Of a stretch of DNA of 64,000 nt, positions 31,966-40,158 are shown piece by piece. The notes beneath the pieces are model-generated. The model made no database searches. It saw only the letters and a program-made list of their open reading frames with translations, and was not told where the DNA came from. Position numbers and translations under genes: made by a program. Numbering within the stretch: the stretch's first letter is position 1; each line of letters starts with the position of its first letter. This DNA comes from Dehalococcoidia bacterium (lineage in GTDB: Bacteria; Chloroflexota; Dehalococcoidia; Lucifugimonadales; JAGWBF01), in the NCBI GenBank assembly GCA_965248975.1, contig CBDFKU010000017.1, positions 109,090 to 173,089 on the forward strand, written 5' to 3'.

Positions 31966-32765
31966 GTGAACCTCCTCTTCGGCGTTCGTAAGCCGCTTAT
32001 CGGCGTGGTGCACCTGCTCCCGCTACCCGGCTCGCCCGGATGGAAGGGCGATATGGCGGCCGTGCTGGCCCGCGCCCGACAGGACGCGGCGGCGCTGGCC
32101 GAAGGGGGAGCGGACGCCGTTATCGTAGAGAATTTCGGAGATGCGCCCTTCTCCGCCGAACCCGTGGGGCCTCTCACCGTCGCAGCCATGACGCTGGCGG
32201 TCCAGGCGGTGAGTGGGACAGCGGATCTGCCAATGGGGATCAACGTGCTGCGTAACGACCCCTATTCGGCCCTGGCCATCGCCGTCGCTACTGGAGCCGG
32301 CTTCGTGCGGGCCAACGTGCACTACGGGGTGATGGTTGCCGAGGAGGGACTTATTCAGGGCCGGGCCCATGACACGACGCGCCTCCGGCACTCCCTGGGT
32401 GTCGACGAGAGCGTGAAGATACTGGCTGACGTGCTGGTAAAGCATGCTTCCCCCTGAGCGAAGTGGATCTGGCGCAGGTCGCCCGAGAGACGGTCCACAG
32501 GGGGTTGGCCGACGCCCTCATCGTAACCGGGCCCGCGACGGGAACCCCCGCCGATCCTGGAGACCTGGCGGCGGTGAAGGCCGCCGTCCCGGATGCGCCT
32601 GTGCTGGTGGGCAGCGGCCTGGATGAGCACAACGCCGATGCTTTTCTGCGGCTGGCGGACGGCGCCATCGTGGGCACCAGTCTGAAGGTGGATGGAAGGA
32701 CCCGCAACCCTGTGGACAGGGAGAAGGTTGAACGGCTGGCCCGGAAGTTCAGAGCTTACCGCTAG
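31966..32765 (+). pseudogene. BtpA/SgcQ family protein, frameshifted at C5 run 32450-32454 (possible sequencing error)
   Basis: IGVVHLLPLPGSP, VENFGDAPF, GINVLRND, ADVLVKHA then DALIVTG, DGAIVGT; one extra C restores SPLSEVDL. Confidence 0.85.
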
Positions 32766-33973
32766 CCAGGGTCGACCGTGTCGCCTGGGGAAGGGTCGGA
32801 GCGCAGCCCTTCCGCGGAAGGGCGCAGCTCTGTCGATGACAGGTCCTCGCGGAAACGGGACTCGGGGATGGCCTCGAAAAGGTCGGCGAATCCCTCGGGA
32901 ATGGGGACATCCTCCAGCGGGTGAAATACACCGCCGTCGATCCGGCCTGCCACCAGGAACCGGCATCCTGCCGATCTTATCGTTTCCAGCGCCTCCAGCA
33001 CGGCCTCTTCGTCTCCGCCGTAGTACTTCGGGTCCACCAGCCTGACCGCTGTGTCCCATCCTATGACAAATGTGCAGCCGGGAAACAGTCCCGCTTTCTG
33101 GTAAAACCGCGGGGCCCTGGTGAGAACTACGGTCCATCTATCTCGGAACTGGATCATTCGACGGCGTACCTCTTCCTTCTCCAGGGGTGGCTTGTCCACG
33201 TTGGCCACCGACATCTCGAACACCAGCGGAGATCCCAGGATCTCCGACGCGATCTCCGCCAGACCCTCGTGTCCGCGGTGGAGGGGATCGTAGGACCCCG
33301 GTAGGACGGCTCCCTTAGTGGGTTGATCCACTGCCGTGGCGCCGTCGGAGTACACCGTTACCGTCCCGACGGCGCCCTCGGTCAGAAGTCCGAGCGGATC
33401 CGGGTGGGAAGTGCGGAGCATCTGCATCTCCTCGATCGGTTCTTCGGCCGCCCGGAGGCCCAGGGTCAGGTCCTCCCGTAAGCCGCAGGCCCGCGCCAGG
33501 GCATGGAGTATCATGCGGCTGGCCACATCTTCCTCGCCGGCACGACCTCTGAACCCCTTGGCAAACACGAGCTCGTATGTGGTGACCCCTGCACCGTCCC
33601 AGACGGCGACGCAGCAGCGATGCTCGCCCTTTTTGGGGCGATCGGTGGCGATGGTCGCCGTGCAGGCCAGGCCGATTACCGACGAGCCGGCTTCGCGCAG
33701 GTTCAGCGCCCTGCGGTAGGCGGCCTTCGCCATGCTTCGGGCCGCCTCGGCGGAGACGTACTGGTCCGGTTCGTATCCAAGAAAGGCCTCCATGGCCGGC
33801 TGACTGTAGGGCACGACGGCCTCCAGCACCGTCCTGGAGGCACCGGGCACGGCCAGGAGCCAGGCAAGCGCCTCGCCGCCGGCCCCAGCGACGGCCACTA
33901 CGGCCATTGTGGGGGAGTCGTGAACCGCCTGCACGACATGCTTCACGTCGGTGGGGAGGGCGGAGCCCATCAC
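32762..33973 (-). CDS. CinA/PncC-like domain fused to HxGH nucleotidyltransferase (NMNAT-like)
   Basis: N-half GASRTVLEAVVPYS...VSAEAARSMA; C-half PGSYDPLHRGH, VIGWDT, LSSTELR. Confidence 0.75.
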   Translation of the reverse strand: MMGSALPTDVKHVVQAVHDSPTMAVVAVAGAGGEALAWLLAVPGASRTVLEAVVPYSQPAMEAFLGYEPDQYVSAEAARSMAKAAYRRALNLREAGSSVIGLACTATIATDRPKKGEHRCCVAVWDGAGVTTYELVFAKGFRGRAGEEDVASRMILHALARACGLREDLTLGLRAAEEPIEEMQMLRTSHPDPLGLLTEGAVGTVTVYSDGATAVDQPTKGAVLPGSYDPLHRGHEGLAEIASEILGSPLVFEMSVANVDKPPLEKEEVRRRMIQFRDRWTVVLTRAPRFYQKAGLFPGCTFVIGWDTAVRLVDPKYYGGDEEAVLEALETIRSAGCRFLVAGRIDGGVFHPLEDVPIPEGFADLFEAIPESRFREDLSSTELRPSAEGLRSDPSPGDTVDPG

Positions 33974-34548
33974 CGCCTCCAGGGCGTGTAGTCAATGAGT
34001 TTCATCCGTTCCCGGGACGCCTCGATCTCCTGCCCTATCTTGCGGTCCCAATCCTCCATCCAGGGAGCAGGAATGGCCCTACGGGCGTCGCGCCACCACA
34101 GGGGTTGCCCTTCGCTCACGGTCGCTCCGTCCAGCACTTCCCCTAGGAAGCAGGTCATGTCGCCGCCGTCCATGGCGTTGATCACCCGGCAGTCCAGGTA
34201 GCCCCAGCAGTCAGCCAGGATGGGGCTGCCCGAGGCGCCGGCCTCGTGGGGGACCCCCGACAGCTTGTCCACCTCACGGCCAGAGACCAGGCCGAAGTCC
34301 TTGATGAACTGTAGCTGGTCCGGGCGGAGGAAGTTCAGGGCGAATGCCTCGCTTCCATGGATCAGCTCGTGGCTGTAGTTGCCCTTGTATATCTGCACCA
34401 CGACCCGGGGCATGTCGGGCACGATGGACGCCGCGCCGATGGCCACCGCTATCTGGGCGTTGGTCCTGTCGTCCTTGCTGCTGGTCACCGCGGCTATCGG
34501 CGACCACAGCAGGCCCATCATTGGCGCGATCCGTCCATAGTCCACCAC
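33970..34548 (-). CDS. Flavin reductase family protein
   Basis: FALNFL, FGLVSGREVDKL, GSPILAD...LDCRV...GD. Confidence 0.88.
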   Translation of the reverse strand: MVDYGRIAPMMGLLWSPIAAVTSSKDDRTNAQIAVAIGAASIVPDMPRVVVQIYKGNYSHELIHGSEAFALNFLRPDQLQFIKDFGLVSGREVDKLSGVPHEAGASGSPILADCWGYLDCRVINAMDGGDMTCFLGEVLDGATVSEGQPLWWRDARRAIPAPWMEDWDRKIGQEIEASRERMKLIDYTPWRR

Positions 34549-34707
34549 AGCGTACTCCTCAGGCTCAACCGGCCTCGCCTGCCATTATAACCGACACTCG
34601 GTGGGGGCAGGTGGATCTACGAAAGTTGGTGTTGGGCTCTGCCTCAGTTTGACTGGGGTTTCGGGGGTCCCATAAACTACTGGCAGAGCAGGGGGCGGAG
34701 GTGTCGC

Positions 34708-35054
34708 GTGGCGGTCAAGGTACTGATCGAGCGGTGGGTCCAAGCGGGGCACGGAGCGGCCGTCTGGGAGATGCTACGGGACATGCGAAGCATGGCGGTC
34801 CGGCAGCGGGGCTATCTCTACGGGAGACATGGCATTCCCTGGATAACCCCCGAATCTTCATGGTGGCCAGCACCTGGGGCAGGAGGGAGTACTGGGAGAT
34901 CTGGGCCGACGACGAATTCCGCCGCAAGATTGAAGACTGCATCGGACCCATGTTCAGGAAGCCGACGACCATAAAGGTGTTCGAGGAGGTCACGACCCTT
35001 CCCAACCCCGACGAGCCTACTCCAGGGGACGGAAGGCGGCGCCCCCGGAGCTAA
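34708..35054 (+). pseudogene. Antibiotic biosynthesis monooxygenase-like protein, frameshift at GGG 34822-34824 (possible sequencing error)
   Basis: MAVKVLIER...QRGYLYG continues ETWHSLDNPRIFMVASTW if one G is added. Confidence 0.75.
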
Positions 35055-35058
35055 GTCG

Positions 35059-35110
35059 CCCGCTCCCTATATGTCACGATCGGGCCAAGACGTGACATAT
35101 AGGGAGCGGG
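35059..35110. terminator. Perfect 20-bp-stem inverted repeat between convergent genes
   Basis: CCCGCTCCCTATATGTCACG-N12-CGTGACATATAGGGAGCGGG. Confidence 0.6.
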
Positions 35111-35134
35111 ACCGTTCTAGAGCGATGGCCCACC

Positions 35135-35284
35135 CTACTCGGGCTGGGCCATCGCCAGGACGTCCTCTCTCTTGACCTCCTGGTTGTGGACGTCTTTGCC
35201 GTGCTGCTGCACCTGACTCACCAGCTCGTCGTCGGTCTCCGCCTTGATAACCTGACCGCAGGGGCAGTTGACTACCTTCGCCAT
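35135..35284 (-). CDS. DUF1059-like small metal-binding protein
   Basis: MAKVVNCPCG...AETDDELV...HGKDVH; AAGGAGG RBS. Confidence 0.8.
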   Translation of the reverse strand: MAKVVNCPCGQVIKAETDDELVSQVQQHGKDVHNQEVKREDVLAMAQPE

Positions 35285-35313
35285 CGCATGGCCTCCTTCA
35301 AGATGGGATGCCC

Positions 35314-35359
35314 TATAATAGCAGGGCGATTTTGGCGCTAATTTGGCGTTTTGTTGGTG
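35314..35359. promoter_or_regulatory. Overlapping divergent -10 boxes plus three heptamer direct repeats (putative SARP site)
   Basis: TATAAT (+, 35314) and TATTAT (-, 35320); TTTGGCG-N4-TTTGGCG-N4-GTTGGTG. Confidence 0.6.
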
Positions 35360-35363
35360 AACG

Positions 35364-36125
35364 ATGGGCATCAGGATCTACCTCGCCGGCCGGGTGGCTG
35401 TGGAGGTGGACGGGCGGATAGTCGTCGACGAGAGCCATTTCCGTGGTAGGCAAGGGAGGCTCGTCTTTGCCTACCTGGTCTGTGAGAGGACCCGTCCGGT
35501 CTCTCGGGAAGAGCTGGCCAGGATAGTCTGGCCCCGGGAGACCGCGTTGGCCTGGGAGGTTGCCCTGAGCGCGCTGATGAGCAGGCTCCACCGGCATCTC
35601 TCTGCCGACGATTTGAGATGTCGCGGAGTATCGCTTGCCCGGGGGTTTGGGCAGTACCGCTTAATACTCCCCGCCGATGTATGGATAGATCTGGAGGCGG
35701 CCACAACAGCTATCGACGAAGCGGAAGGCGCTTTGCGCGCCGGGCGGCCGCAGATGATCCTAGGGCCCGCCACCGTCGCCGCCAACATATCCAGGCGACC
35801 CTTCTGCTCGGATGTGGAGGGAGAGTGGGTGGAGTCCCAGCGCAGAAAGCTGGAGCGCCAGCTATTGCGTTCGCTGGAATGCCTCTCCGAGATGTGGCTG
35901 TCGGAAGGGGAACCAGGCCTCGCCGAGGAAACCTCAACCCAGGCGATGGAGATAGACCCCTTTCGCGAAACCAGCTACCAGCTACTTATGCGTGCCTACA
36001 TGGCCGGCGGCAACCGTGCCAAGGCTCTGATGCTATACGAGCACCTGCGGCGGCTCCTCACCGAGGAGCTCGGGGCCGACCCGTCGTCCGAGACCCAGAT
36101 GGTATACTTGAGGCTGCTGGGTTAG
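35364..36125 (+). CDS. SARP/AfsR-type transcriptional activator (winged HTH plus BTAD)
   Basis: VSREELARIVWP, W...RRKL, DPFRE..YQLLMRAY..GNRAKAL..YE....L.EELGADPS.ET. Confidence 0.9.
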   Translation: MGIRIYLAGRVAVEVDGRIVVDESHFRGRQGRLVFAYLVCERTRPVSREELARIVWPRETALAWEVALSALMSRLHRHLSADDLRCRGVSLARGFGQYRLILPADVWIDLEAATTAIDEAEGALRAGRPQMILGPATVAANISRRPFCSDVEGEWVESQRRKLERQLLRSLECLSEMWLSEGEPGLAEETSTQAMEIDPFRETSYQLLMRAYMAGGNRAKALMLYEHLRRLLTEELGADPSSETQMVYLRLLG

Positions 36126-36146
36126 GACGGCTTCGGAGGTGCGACC

Positions 36147-36893
36147 ATGCGGTCCCGTGGGCCCCGGCGACTGGCTATAGGGCTCCTGCTGGGGACTCTG
36201 GCCATTGGCCTGGCCTGTGGCGGCGATGACGCCATGCCGACGCCACCCCAGGTTCCCGGAGTGACCGAGCCGCTACCCGACATGATAACGGCTCCCCATT
36301 TCATCGACGCCTACCCGCTACACGGCGACGTCCTGGCGCAGCCTCCTCCCCGTGTCGTTCTGAATTTCAACTTCAACCTTTACCAGGACTCCAGCATAAC
36401 GGTCACCCGTGATGGAGCTCCGGTGGAGCTCGGCCCAGTGGTGATATCGGAGGAAGCCCTGTCGATGGAGGCGGCCTTGGAAGCCGATCCCGGAGACGGA
36501 GTTTACCAGGTGGACTACACCGCCTGCTGGCCCGACGGGTCCTGCCATGAGGGTAAGGTGGCCTTCATGGTGGACAGTGCCACGCTGGCCAGCTACGTGG
36601 ATCTAAGGGGAACGGACGAGCTGACCATCCAGATGGTAGACGGGAAGCTGTTCAACCCGTCCCGTATGATCATCAGCCCGGGCACCAGGGTCACCTGGCT
36701 AAACGAGGACCTGGTGGCCCATTTCGTCAACACCGATCCTCACCCTAGCCACAACGTGCTGTCGAACCTGAACTCCCTGGCCATCAACCCCGGGGAGATC
36801 TACTCGTATACCTTCACCGAGCCCGGAGCCTGGGGCTACCATTGCAGCGCCCACTTCAACCTGGGGATGGTCGCTCAGGTGGTGGTCAAGTAG
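36147..36893 (+). CDS. Lipoprotein with CopC-like domain and C-terminal cupredoxin domain
   Basis: Lipobox GLAC; HFIDAYP..GDVL..PP.VVLNFN...GVYQVDY; type-1 Cu-like YHCSAH...GM. Confidence 0.8.
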   Translation: MRSRGPRRLAIGLLLGTLAIGLACGGDDAMPTPPQVPGVTEPLPDMITAPHFIDAYPLHGDVLAQPPPRVVLNFNFNLYQDSSITVTRDGAPVELGPVVISEEALSMEAALEADPGDGVYQVDYTACWPDGSCHEGKVAFMVDSATLASYVDLRGTDELTIQMVDGKLFNPSRMIISPGTRVTWLNEDLVAHFVNTDPHPSHNVLSNLNSLAINPGEIYSYTFTEPGAWGYHCSAHFNLGMVAQVVVK

Positions 36894-36955
36894 CGTGAGC
36901 CCAATGGGTCGGTTTACGTGACGCTGAGGAGGCTGCCGCGGGAGGTCCGACGGGA

Positions 36956-38032
36956 CTAGGTCCTGACTCCTACCAGCTCCCCAGTTACGACGATGCGGTG
37001 GTCGTAAACCAGCCTGGGAACGCAGGCCACCAGATGGACGTTGGGGCCGCCCGTGTCGTAGAGGACCATGTCGTCCTGGTGAACGACCTTGGTCTCAAAG
37101 ATACGATAGAGGTACGAAGTCGAGCCGCTGTAGAGGATGACGTATACTTCCCGGCCTTTCCTGAGGAGGTCGGGAATCTTCGGCAGGTTATAGAACACGT
37201 TCCCCTCGCCCGCGATAGGGCTCTCCAGGTGACCGAACAACCAGGCGCTGCCTCGCTCGCCGGGGTTGGCCAGCTCTGGGATATGGCCAACCGTGTGCTT
37301 CGGGGTTTCGTAGGCCCTGCTGCTACCCAAGTCCAGGATTTGCAGTGACGCCACGCTTGAATCCACGCCAATGGAAGGGATGATGATCCTGGTGGGGGCG
37401 GCCAGCGCCCCCTTGTTGGGAACGGTGAGCGGGTCTACGGGGCGGAAACCCTGCAACAGGCTGAGCTCGTGGGATGATGGGGCCTCGCATTCCAGGGGGT
37501 TGCTCCAACAGGTGGCCTGGGCCGATTCGTCGGGATAGATCTGCTGGGATGCGATGGCGGAGGGCGATATCTGAAAGCCGGGGTCTTCAACGGCTGGTTG
37601 GTCCTCTACGGGACTCGAACCGAAGATCGGAGGAGGTTCCTCTGGCCCGATGAAGGTTGAGGCCTCAGCCCGGTCTACTGTGGGCACCTGGCCGGTTCCT
37701 CCGGCTGACCCGATGTACGAGGCGTCGACCCGGGTCTCGTCGAAGGGCTGGGAATTAGCAGGCCTTAGACTCTCCGACACGGGTGGCGTGGTGACGACGG
37801 ATTCGGGACCGGTGTTCGTGGTAGGGAAGGTGGTAAAGGGGTCGGCCTGGGGACGCTGGACGGTGTAGTTGAAGTCGTCCAGGCCTGCCCGGGCTCTATC
37901 AGCGTAGACGTAGTAGGCTATTCCGGCCCCAACGCAGACCGTGCCGATGACGACCAGAAGTATGCCAGACGCCTTCAGGAATCTGTTTTGGAGCCTGGAC
38001 CGCTCCAGAAGATAGTCGTAGCCTGCTTCCAT
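36956..38032 (-). CDS. Sortase family protein
   Basis: N-terminal TM, PTRIIIPSIGVD, FGH, LVAC.P....HRIVV (His/Cys/Arg triad). Confidence 0.85.
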   Translation of the reverse strand: MEAGYDYLLERSRLQNRFLKASGILLVVIGTVCVGAGIAYYVYADRARAGLDDFNYTVQRPQADPFTTFPTTNTGPESVVTTPPVSESLRPANSQPFDETRVDASYIGSAGGTGQVPTVDRAEASTFIGPEEPPPIFGSSPVEDQPAVEDPGFQISPSAIASQQIYPDESAQATCWSNPLECEAPSSHELSLLQGFRPVDPLTVPNKGALAAPTRIIIPSIGVDSSVASLQILDLGSSRAYETPKHTVGHIPELANPGERGSAWLFGHLESPIAGEGNVFYNLPKIPDLLRKGREVYVILYSGSTSYLYRIFETKVVHQDDMVLYDTGGPNVHLVACVPRLVYDHRIVVTGELVGVRT

Positions 38033-38185
38033 TGGTCTCCAGAGTGGCGATTATCCTGGGAGTGGAGCCCCCCCGTTGGCCAAGTGGCCCGAGCCTAGCT
38101 GATGAATCCTGCCACCGTCCACCCGAAGTTGAGAACGTATCCCGGAGGGAGATGGCTGACCGCAATGGCGGTAAGTCCGGAGGGA

Positions 38186-38398
38186 TCAGCGGACTCGTGG
38201 AGAATGCATCGCTCCGTTGCTTATCGGCTCGTTGAGGTAGATATCGCCGTTTCGGATCTTGATGTTGAAGCCACACTGCGGGTTTGTGCACACCCAGGCC
38301 TTGTAGTGCACGGCAGCTCCCTGGCTTCCGTAATCGGAAAGCGGTACGAGTTGGCCTATTTCGCACTTATGGCATTTAGGAATCGCCTGATCTTCCAC
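38186..38398 (-). CDS. Small zinc-ribbon-like protein
   Basis: GTG start after GGAGGAGG; CHKC...WVCTNPQC. Confidence 0.75.
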   Translation of the reverse strand: MEDQAIPKCHKCEIGQLVPLSDYGSQGAAVHYKAWVCTNPQCGFNIKIRNGDIYLNEPISNGAMHSPRVR

Positions 38399-38552
38399 GG
38401 AAACCTCCTCCGGGCTCGAGATGCGCCGAAGTATATCAGGGTGTGTCCAGAACTTACAAGGAGCAAGAGAAGCATGTTTTGGGAATTCGCGGCAGATTTC
38501 GCGGCTGCCTACCAAAGAAGTCCGCTTACCGAGCCCGATCGAGGTAGCGGAC

Positions 38553-40112
38553 CTACTCCATGAAGTCCCGCAGCTTGCGAGAACGGGTGGGGTGGCGGAG
38601 TTTCCGCAGTGCCTTGGCTTCGATCTGGCGTATCCGCTCCCGGGTCACACCGAACTCCCGCCCAACTTCCTCAAGCGTTCTGCTGCGGCCGTCCTCCAGT
38701 CCGAAACGGAGTTGCAGCACACGGCTCTCCCTATCCGTTAACGTGTTCAACACGTCCTGAATCTGTTCCTTGAGGAGCTGGAAGGAGGCGGCATCGGCCG
38801 GAGCCGGCGCGCTCCGGTCCTCGATGAAATCTCCCAGGTGGCTGTCCTCTTCTTCGCCGATAGGGGTTTCCAGGGAGACCGGCTCCTGAGAGATCTTCAG
38901 TATCTCCTCCACCTTCTCCGGATTCACCTCCATGGCGCTGCCGATCTCGTCGGGAGTCGGCTCCCTGCCGTACTCCTGGAGCAGTCGGCGGTGCTGCCGC
39001 ATCAGCTTGTTTATCGTCTCGACCATGTGCACCGGGATGCGGATTGTCCGGGCCTGGTCGGCGATGGCCCTGGTGATCGCCTGTCTGATCCACCAGGTGG
39101 CGTAGGTGCTGAACTTGTACCCCTTCCGATAGTCAAACTTCTCCACCGCCCGGATGAGGCCGATGTTTCCTTCCTGGATCAGGTCCAGCAGGGCCATGCC
39201 CCTGCCGATGTACTTCTTGGCGACGCTCACCACCAAGCGCAGGTTGGCCTCCGTCAGGTGGCCCTGGGCCCGTAGGCCCTCGCTCTTGATGCGCTCCAGG
39301 TAGGCCCGGAAAAGGGTGTCCATGGACTGGAGCCGGAAGTAGCAATCGGAAGTGTCTACAGTCTCTCCGAGCTCGTCCAGGGTACAGTCCTCCAGGACGT
39401 CGATAACGTCGGTCGGCAGGACCCAGCTATCGAGGGACAGCCGGATAATCTTCCGGTCCACATCGGGCTGCTCGATATCCAAGTCCGAGGCGATGCTGGA
39501 CATTAGCTCGGGGTTAAGCTCGCCATCAGTGGCGGCCCGCAGCTTGGGGTGGTCGGTAATCTGAGACAGGGTCAGATATCTGGAAAGGCCCAGGTTCTCC
39601 CCCAATGAGCCGACCAACGGTCCTTCATCACTCAAACGGCGCAGGAGTGCGCAGCATACCTCCCAGGCCTTGGGAGGCCGGTTTTCCAGTTCCACCAGCT
39701 CTCTCTCGAGCTTCTGTAGGTGCCTGCCGCCTTCCATCTTGCGGGCCAGCACCCGCTCGTCCTTGGACGTGAGAAGATGGACCCTGCCGATCTCTCGCAG
39801 GTACATCCTGACGGGGTCGTCCAGGACCTCGGTCCCTTCTACCTCCTGCTCCCACTCCGCCTCTTCGGCCTCGATAGCGGCGTCGTCGGGCTCGGCCTCG
39901 GCAACCGGGGTCGCCGGCGCAGGCTCTTCCCACCGCTCGGCCGGGCTCTCGGCGACGGGCTTGGACTCATCGGAGAGTCCGCCGATCTTGGCCGAAGGAT
40001 CCACCCCAGCGACCACGCTCAGGATCTCCTCTCCCACCGGCTGCTCGGCCTCGCCATTGACTCTCTCGAGGAACTCCTCTGGATTGTCTTGGCGGCTACC
40101 CCTTCGTCTCAT
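38553..40112 (-). CDS. rpoD: Primary RNA polymerase sigma factor
   Basis: [59 protein letters not shown]; follows dnaG. Confidence 0.97.
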   Translation of the reverse strand: MRRRGSRQDNPEEFLERVNGEAEQPVGEEILSVVAGVDPSAKIGGLSDESKPVAESPAERWEEPAPATPVAEAEPDDAAIEAEEAEWEQEVEGTEVLDDPVRMYLREIGRVHLLTSKDERVLARKMEGGRHLQKLERELVELENRPPKAWEVCCALLRRLSDEGPLVGSLGENLGLSRYLTLSQITDHPKLRAATDGELNPELMSSIASDLDIEQPDVDRKIIRLSLDSWVLPTDVIDVLEDCTLDELGETVDTSDCYFRLQSMDTLFRAYLERIKSEGLRAQGHLTEANLRLVVSVAKKYIGRGMALLDLIQEGNIGLIRAVEKFDYRKGYKFSTYATWWIRQAITRAIADQARTIRIPVHMVETINKLMRQHRRLLQEYGREPTPDEIGSAMEVNPEKVEEILKISQEPVSLETPIGEEEDSHLGDFIEDRSAPAPADAASFQLLKEQIQDVLNTLTDRESRVLQLRFGLEDGRSRTLEEVGREFGVTRERIRQIEAKALRKLRHPTRSRKLRDFME

Positions 40113-40158
40113 TACAGTTTCACCTTTTTGTACCGGCTATCAGTAGCGCTCTCGGCGC

